The notes under the pieces: generated by a model | The model's database searches: none | Seen by the model: the letters and a program-made list of their open reading frames with translations, nothing else | Told to the model about the DNA's origin: nothing | Translations under genes and position numbers: made by a program | NCBI GenBank assembly: GCA_937910235.1 | Contig: CALENB010000193.1 | Coordinates: 2,341-66,340 of the forward strand | Reading direction: 5' to 3' | Length of the DNA stretch: 64,000 bases | DNA from: an uncultured Myxococcales bacterium | Lineage (GTDB): Bacteria > Myxococcota_A > UBA9042 | Shown: piece after piece, positions 57,083 through 64,000 of the stretch | How the letters are laid out: the number at the start of each line of letters is the position of its first letter | How positions within the stretch are numbered: the stretch's first letter is position 1

Positions 57083-58447
57083 ATGGGCATCACCTTCGTG
57101 GAAAAGGGCGGAGTTCGTCGCCGCCCGAACGCCAAGACAGCGCTCGTCCTCGCCGGCGGTGCGATCTCAGGCGGTGCCTTCAAGATCGGTGGCCTCATCG
57201 CCCTCAACGCCTACTTCGACAAGCGCTCCGTGTGCGACTTCGACACGTACGTCGGCATCAGCGCGGGCGCCTTTCTCGCCGCGCCGCTGGCGGTGGGCGT
57301 GCAGCCAGAGGAGCTCCTCCGCTCGATCGAGGGACGCTCCCGTCGCATCAGTCAGTTCACCCCGAGCCACTTCTACAAACCCAACTGGCGCGAGTTCATC
57401 GCCAAGCCCTTCCTCTTCGGTCGCGACGCCATCGGCCTCGTCCCCGCCGTCTCCCTCACCATGGCTGGGCTGCTCACCACCGATCGCTCGCAGATGATCA
57501 ACGTGGCGCGGCGTTTTCTAGACGAGCCGAGTTACGTCAACGCCGAGCACGTCGTTCTGCCCATGATTCGGGCGTTTGAGCGCCGTAGCCAGCTCCAGCG
57601 AGGCCTCAGCTACCTGCCGAGCGGGGTGTTCGACAGCCGGGGTATCGAGCGGTTCATCCGTGAGAACTTCGAGCGCAACGGGATGGCGAACCACTTCCGC
57701 CTGCTCAAGCTTGAGCGCGACAAGGATCTCTACATCGGCGCCACGAACCTCAACACCGCCGCGGGTGTGATTTTTGGCCACGATGAAGACTGTTCGGTCA
57801 CCATCAGCGAGGCTGTTCAAGCTAGCTCGACGATCCCCGGATTTTTCCGACCTGTGCGACTCAATGGCCACGACTACATTGACGGTGGGGTGCAGAAGAC
57901 GGCGAACATCTCGCAAGCCGTCAAGTCCGGCGCTCAGCTCGTCATCGCGTATAACCCGTTCCGGCCGTTCGTGAATTTCCACGCTGACCAGCTGCTAAAC
58001 GGCCAACGCACGATGAGCGACATGGGTATTCTGACCGTGATCAATCAGGCCTTCCGAACGCTGCTGCACACGCGGCTCATGCTGGGAATTGAGAAGCTGC
58101 GCCTGGATCAGTCGTTCCACGGGGACGTCATCCTGATCGAGCCCAGCGAGACCGACATCACGTTTTTCAACCTCAACCCGCTCGCTTTTTGGCGCAGGGC
58201 TGAGGCGGCCGAGCACGGTTTCTCCAGCGTGAAAGAGGCGATCGAGCGCCACCACGAGCGGATCTCCCGCATCTTGGCGCGCTATGGCATCGGCACCAAC
58301 CTCGACCGCTTGCGCCGCAACACCGAGTTGATTCGGCAGGCGCACTACGACAACGACGCGATCATCGACGTGCTTGAGCAGCGGGTTCACGAGCGCCGCG
58401 CTGTGCCGCGTCGTCCGCCGAAGCTACGTGTGGTTGGCGAGCGTTAA
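57083..58447 (+). CDS. Patatin-like phospholipase
   Basis: Oxyanion-hole glycine motif (LVLAGGAISGGAFKIG), nucleophile elbow GxSxG (YVGISAGAF) and the catalytic Asp in DGG (YIDGGVQKT). Confidence 0.8.
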   Translation: MGITFVEKGGVRRRPNAKTALVLAGGAISGGAFKIGGLIALNAYFDKRSVCDFDTYVGISAGAFLAAPLAVGVQPEELLRSIEGRSRRISQFTPSHFYKPNWREFIAKPFLFGRDAIGLVPAVSLTMAGLLTTDRSQMINVARRFLDEPSYVNAEHVVLPMIRAFERRSQLQRGLSYLPSGVFDSRGIERFIRENFERNGMANHFRLLKLERDKDLYIGATNLNTAAGVIFGHDEDCSVTISEAVQASSTIPGFFRPVRLNGHDYIDGGVQKTANISQAVKSGAQLVIAYNPFRPFVNFHADQLLNGQRTMSDMGILTVINQAFRTLLHTRLMLGIEKLRLDQSFHGDVILIEPSETDITFFNLNPLAFWRRAEAAEHGFSSVKEAIERHHERISRILARYGIGTNLDRLRRNTELIRQAHYDNDAIIDVLEQRVHERRAVPRRPPKLRVVGER

Positions 58448-58471
58448 CCGCAACTTGTGTAGGGAGTTCAC

Positions 58472-59839
58472 ATGGCCAGCAAACAACGCCGCTATTTTGG
58501 CACCGACGGCATTCGAGGGGAGGCCAACGCCGGCATCATGACCGTCGAGACGGCCGTGGCGGTCGGGCGGGCCGTGGGCAGCATCTTCAGCTCGCGCCAC
58601 GCGCGGCCCCGGGTCCTCATCGGCAAGGACACCCGACGCAGCGGCTATCTCTTTGAGATGGCGCTGGTCGCAGGGGCGTGCTCCGTCGGCGCCGAGCCCT
58701 ATGTGCTGGGCCCACTGCCGACCCCGGGCATCGCGTTTCTGACCAAAGGTATGCGTGCGGACGTCGGCGTGGTGATCTCTGCGAGTCACAACGGTTTTCA
58801 AGACAACGGCATCAAGCTCTTCGGTCCGGATGGCTACAAGCTGCCCGACGAGATGGAGCTGCGCATCGAGTCCTTCATCGATGACAACGCCGCGATCGCG
58901 GATTCGATCAAGACCGGCGCTCAGATCGGGCGCGCCTATCGCATCGATGACGCGTGCGGCCGCTACATCACCTATTTGAAGTCCACGTTCCCCAACACCC
59001 TGAGCCTCGACGGGCTCAAGATCGCCGTCGACTGTGCCCACGGCGCCGCCTACAAGATCGCGCCGACGGTGCTGGAAGAGCTTGGCGCCGAGGTTATCAC
59101 CCGTGGCGTCCAACCGAACGGCACCAACATCAATGATGGCTGCGGTGCGCTATTTCCCCGCAAACTCGCGGCGATGGTGCTTGAGAACAACTGCGATCTC
59201 GGCATCGCCCTCGACGGTGACGCCGACCGTCTGATCCTCGTCGACGAGAAGGGTCAGCAGGTGGACGGCGATCAGATCCTCGCCCTGTGCGCGACCCGAA
59301 TGAAGAAGGCAGGGCGGCTCGCCGGCAATACGCTCGTCGTCACCGTAATGAGCAACTACGGCCTTGAGATGGCGATGCGCGAGCAAGGCATCGATCTCGT
59401 TCGCACCGAGGTTGGCGACCGCCATGTCGTCGCTGCGATGCGCGCCGGTGGCTACAGTCTCGGCGGCGAGCAGAGCGGCCACGTCGTGTTTCTCAACCAC
59501 AGCACCACCGGCGACGGCACGCTCGCTGCCTTGCGTGTGCTGGCCTTCATGCAGCGCGAGCAGCGCCCGCTCTCCGATCTGGCGCGCGTGATGCTGCCGG
59601 CGCCGCAGATGCTCATCAACGTTCCGGTGACGTCCAAGCCTGCGCTTGAGACGCTGCCAGATGTGCAGAAGGCAGTGGCGGAGGCCAACACGGCGCTGGA
59701 AGGCGTGGGTCGTGTGCTCATCCGCTATTCCGGCACCGAGAAAAAGTGCAGGGTCATGGTCGAGGCCGCCGAAGTGACCGCCGTCGAGATGCACGCAAAG
59801 CGCATCGCAGACGCCGTCACCACAGCCATCGGCCACTAG
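58472..59839 (+). CDS. glmM: Phosphoglucosamine mutase
   Basis: N-terminus RYFGTDGIRG, the active-site Ser loop (VVISASHNGFQDNGIKLF) and C-terminal GEQSGH. Confidence 0.92.
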   Translation: MASKQRRYFGTDGIRGEANAGIMTVETAVAVGRAVGSIFSSRHARPRVLIGKDTRRSGYLFEMALVAGACSVGAEPYVLGPLPTPGIAFLTKGMRADVGVVISASHNGFQDNGIKLFGPDGYKLPDEMELRIESFIDDNAAIADSIKTGAQIGRAYRIDDACGRYITYLKSTFPNTLSLDGLKIAVDCAHGAAYKIAPTVLEELGAEVITRGVQPNGTNINDGCGALFPRKLAAMVLENNCDLGIALDGDADRLILVDEKGQQVDGDQILALCATRMKKAGRLAGNTLVVTVMSNYGLEMAMREQGIDLVRTEVGDRHVVAAMRAGGYSLGGEQSGHVVFLNHSTTGDGTLAALRVLAFMQREQRPLSDLARVMLPAPQMLINVPVTSKPALETLPDVQKAVAEANTALEGVGRVLIRYSGTEKKCRVMVEAAEVTAVEMHAKRIADAVTTAIGH

Positions 59840-59863
59840 TCGTCGCCATCCTTCGGAGCTCCT

Positions 59864-60595
59864 ATGTCAGCCATTCGCCTCGGCGTGAACGTCGATCATG
59901 TCGCGACCTTGCGACAACAGCGCGACACGCGTTATCCCGATCCTGTCCACGCGGCCGCCATCGCTGAGCGGGCGGGCGCGGACCAGATCACCGTCCATCT
60001 ACGTGAAGATCGCCGCCACATCCAAGACCGCGACCTGCGGGTCATGCGGGAGACGGTGCAGGTGCCGCTGAACCTTGAGATGGCCGTGACGGACGAGATG
60101 GTCCAGATCGCGCTCGCCTACAAGCCCGCCACCGTGACGCTGGTGCCCGAGAAACGGGAAGAGCGCACCACTGAGGGCGGCCTCGATGTGGTCGGCCTTA
60201 TCGACAAGGTCACGGCGGCGGTACGCCAACTGATCGACGCGGGCATCGTCGTCAGCTTGTTCATCGACCCAGATCCAGATCAGGTCGCCGCGAGCCACGC
60301 TACGGGCGCGACGACCATCGAGCTGCACACTGGGGACTACTGCGACGCACCCACACCGGCCATCGCCGAGCGCGAGCTGGAGCGCTTGCGCGTCGCCGCT
60401 GTCGCTGGGCACGAGCTTGGGCTCACCGTCGCGGCCGGTCACGGGATCGACTATCGCAACGTCGGCCCGATCGCCGCGCTGCCGCACGTCGAGGAGCTGA
60501 ACATCGGTCATAGCATCGTCTGCCACGCCGTTTTTGTCGGCCTTGAGCGAGCTGTGTCCGACATGGTGGCCGCGATGGCTGAGGGTAAAGCATGA
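59864..60595 (+). CDS. pdxJ: Pyridoxine 5'-phosphate synthase
   Basis: [27 protein letters not shown] and [17 protein letters not shown] are PdxJ-wide motifs. Confidence 0.92.
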   Translation: MSAIRLGVNVDHVATLRQQRDTRYPDPVHAAAIAERAGADQITVHLREDRRHIQDRDLRVMRETVQVPLNLEMAVTDEMVQIALAYKPATVTLVPEKREERTTEGGLDVVGLIDKVTAAVRQLIDAGIVVSLFIDPDPDQVAASHATGATTIELHTGDYCDAPTPAIAERELERLRVAAVAGHELGLTVAAGHGIDYRNVGPIAALPHVEELNIGHSIVCHAVFVGLERAVSDMVAAMAEGKA

Positions 60596-62139
60596 GGATT
60601 CTGACGCCAGGGCAGGTCCGCGACCTCGACACTCGCACCATCGACAAGTTGGGGCTGCCCGCCGTCGTGTTGATGGAGACGGCTGGTCGCGCCGTGGTCA
60701 CCGCGATCTGCGCGCGCGTTGGCCTCGCCGGACTCGGCCGCACCGCCACGGTCTTGTGTGGCACCGGCAACAACGGCGGCGATGGCTTCGTGATCGCGCG
60801 GGAGCTGCAGCATCGCGGCTTCCGCGTGCACACGTACGGTGTCGGCGACCCGGCGAAGCTGAGCCCGACCGCGAAGGTGCACCATGATGTGCTCGTCGCG
60901 AGTGGGGCAAAGCCGCGCTGGAGTGCCGAGCCACCGAGAGGCGGTGAACTCAAGGCGTTGCATCGCTCCCTGCTGCGGTCGGCGGTCATCGTCGACGCGA
61001 TCATCGGGATCGGCGCCACCAAGCCGCTGCGGGAGCCGGCGCTGACGTGGGTGCAGCAGCTCGATGGTCGACATGACGCCCTCGTCGTCGCCGTCGACGT
61101 GCCGAGCGGCCTGCACGCCGGGACTGGACATGTGCTTGGCGCGGCGGTGCACGCTCATCTGGTCGTGACGATGGCGGCCGCAAAATCAGGGCTATTTCTG
61201 AATGAAGGCCCAGCGCACTGGCGCGCGCTGGAGGTCGCCGACATCGGTGTGCCGAACAAGTGGCTGTCTCAGGTGCGACCGGAGGTGTTCACCCTGGAGG
61301 ACGACGACCTGCGTTGGTTGCTGCCGGTTCGGGACGACGACGGGTTCAAGGGCAGCTTCGGACACCTGCTCGTCGTCGCGGGGTCGACAGGCAAGGGTGG
61401 CGCCGCGCTGCTCGCTGCCAAAGCCGGGCTGCGCGCCGGAGCCGGCCTCGTGACACTCGCCACGAGCGGTGAGATCCGGGCGCGCATCGAAGGCTTGCTG
61501 CCAGACATCATGGTGGAGGCGGTGCGTGGCGGCGCGGCGGAGGCCGCCCGCGTCGCCAAGTTGCTCGAGGGCAAGTCGGCGGCGGCTGTTGGTCCTGGCC
61601 TCGGGACCACCGCGGCTGATCTCGATCTTGTCGCGCGTGTGGTCGCCGCAACGGCGGGCACTGTGGTGCTCGACGCCGACGCGCTGCGCGCGCTGGCCCA
61701 GAAACCCGCGCTCGCAGAGCCGGCGAGCGGGCGGCTCGTCTTGACGCCGCATCCGGGCGAGATGGCGCGGCTGCTCGGCGTTGAGGTCGCTGCGGTCCAG
61801 GCTGATCGCTTGTCCGCTGCCCGCGACGTCGCTGAGCGATTCTCCGCGGTCGTGGTGCTCAAGGGGGCGCGCACCCTCGTCGTAGCGCCCGACGGTCGCT
61901 GGGCGATTCGAAACGTGCCAAACGCAGCGCTCGCCGTCGCCGGCAGCGGGGACGTGCTGACCGGCGTGCTTGGCGGTCTCGCCGCTCAGGGTGTACCAGC
62001 GTGGCAGGCGGCTTGCGCCGCGGTGATCATTCACAGCCGGGCGGGCGCCATGGTGCGCGCTGAGCGTGGCGCCCGCGGCGCGCTGGCCAGTGACCTGGTA
62101 GACGCCCTCGGCCTCGCCAGCGTCAACGCAGCGACGTAG
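60592..62139 (+). CDS. nnr: Bifunctional NAD(P)H-hydrate repair enzyme (epimerase / ADP-dependent dehydratase)
   Basis: N-terminal YjeF_N (LMETAGRAV...[18 protein letters not shown]). C-terminal carbohydrate-kinase-like dehydratase ([35 protein letters not shown]...[11 protein letters not shown]...[10 protein letters not shown]). The start overlaps the pdxJ stop (ATGA). Confidence 0.88.
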   Translation: MRILTPGQVRDLDTRTIDKLGLPAVVLMETAGRAVVTAICARVGLAGLGRTATVLCGTGNNGGDGFVIARELQHRGFRVHTYGVGDPAKLSPTAKVHHDVLVASGAKPRWSAEPPRGGELKALHRSLLRSAVIVDAIIGIGATKPLREPALTWVQQLDGRHDALVVAVDVPSGLHAGTGHVLGAAVHAHLVVTMAAAKSGLFLNEGPAHWRALEVADIGVPNKWLSQVRPEVFTLEDDDLRWLLPVRDDDGFKGSFGHLLVVAGSTGKGGAALLAAKAGLRAGAGLVTLATSGEIRARIEGLLPDIMVEAVRGGAAEAARVAKLLEGKSAAAVGPGLGTTAADLDLVARVVAATAGTVVLDADALRALAQKPALAEPASGRLVLTPHPGEMARLLGVEVAAVQADRLSAARDVAERFSAVVVLKGARTLVVAPDGRWAIRNVPNAALAVAGSGDVLTGVLGGLAAQGVPAWQAACAAVIIHSRAGAMVRAERGARGALASDLVDALGLASVNAAT

Positions 62140-62225
62140 CACCCGCGCGCGGCGGCCGGCGGCGGATCGCGCTTGAGCCGTCGCCGCAACTTGCCGCCCT
62201 CCTGGGCCAGCTATACGCTGCCTCG

Positions 62226-62285
62226 ACAGCGTCCTGGCTGCAGCGCCCGCGTCCTGGCTGTAACGACAGCGTCCTGGCTGCAACG
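62226..62285. repeat. Three phased 20-bp direct repeats (core GCGTCCTGGCTG) immediately upstream of the terminal lipoprotein gene
   Basis: acagcgtcctggctgcagcg / cccgcgtcctggctgtaacg / acagcgtcctggctgcaacg. The cores start at 62229, 62249 and 62269, exactly 20 bp apart. The array ends 19 bp before the ATG at 62304. Confidence 0.85.
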
Positions 62286-62303
62286 GAGACGCGGAGCGCG
62301 CTC

Positions 62304-64000
<1,697 letters not shown>

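Overview
The window is about 70% GC and gene-dense. The gene content points to a myxobacterium (Myxococcota): Myxococcus-type cysteine-rich repeats, MopE-like CxGxDxDCDG metal-binding repeats, an FHA-domain sigma-54 activator and many lipoproteins. This lineage call is an inference from the sequence, not from a database search.

Conserved housekeeping genes anchor the window. They include the enolase 3' end, a fused homocysteine S-methyltransferase/methylenetetrahydrofolate reductase, serS, dapD, the gap-pgk-tpiA-secG glycolytic operon, a paired M16 peptidase module, a dctPQM TRAP transporter, pyrG-rsmI, galE, a fused moaD-moaE, uvrD/pcrA, mutY, glmM, pdxJ and nnr.

Between them are accessory genes for secreted or lipoprotein products. 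The most striking feature is a tandem array of three giant paralogous lipoproteins (39744-49169, about 9.4 kb; 1057, about 806-838 and 1193 aa). Each alternates Myxococcus-type cysteine-rich repeats with MAM-like beta-sandwich domains. They sit inside a roughly 31-kb block of same-strand genes. This block begins with a CPBP protease, an FHA sigma-54 activator, a GT-C-type membrane glycosyltransferase and an outer-membrane beta-barrel. After the three lipoproteins come a HEAT-repeat protein, an OmpR/histidine-kinase pair, a PEP-CTERM-type polysaccharide deacetylase and a FadL-like outer-membrane protein.

A second Cys-rich MopE/Myxo-repeat lipoprotein lies at 4728-6746 on the minus strand. A third lipoprotein, with thrombospondin-type-3-like and MopE repeats, starts at 62304 and runs off the window end. 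It is absent from the ORF track because it has no stop in the window. It is preceded by three phased 20-bp direct repeats.

A 17-bp x4 tandem repeat lies upstream of serS. No rRNA, tRNA, CRISPR array or transposase was seen. The many long antisense ORFs are treated as GC-driven shadows.
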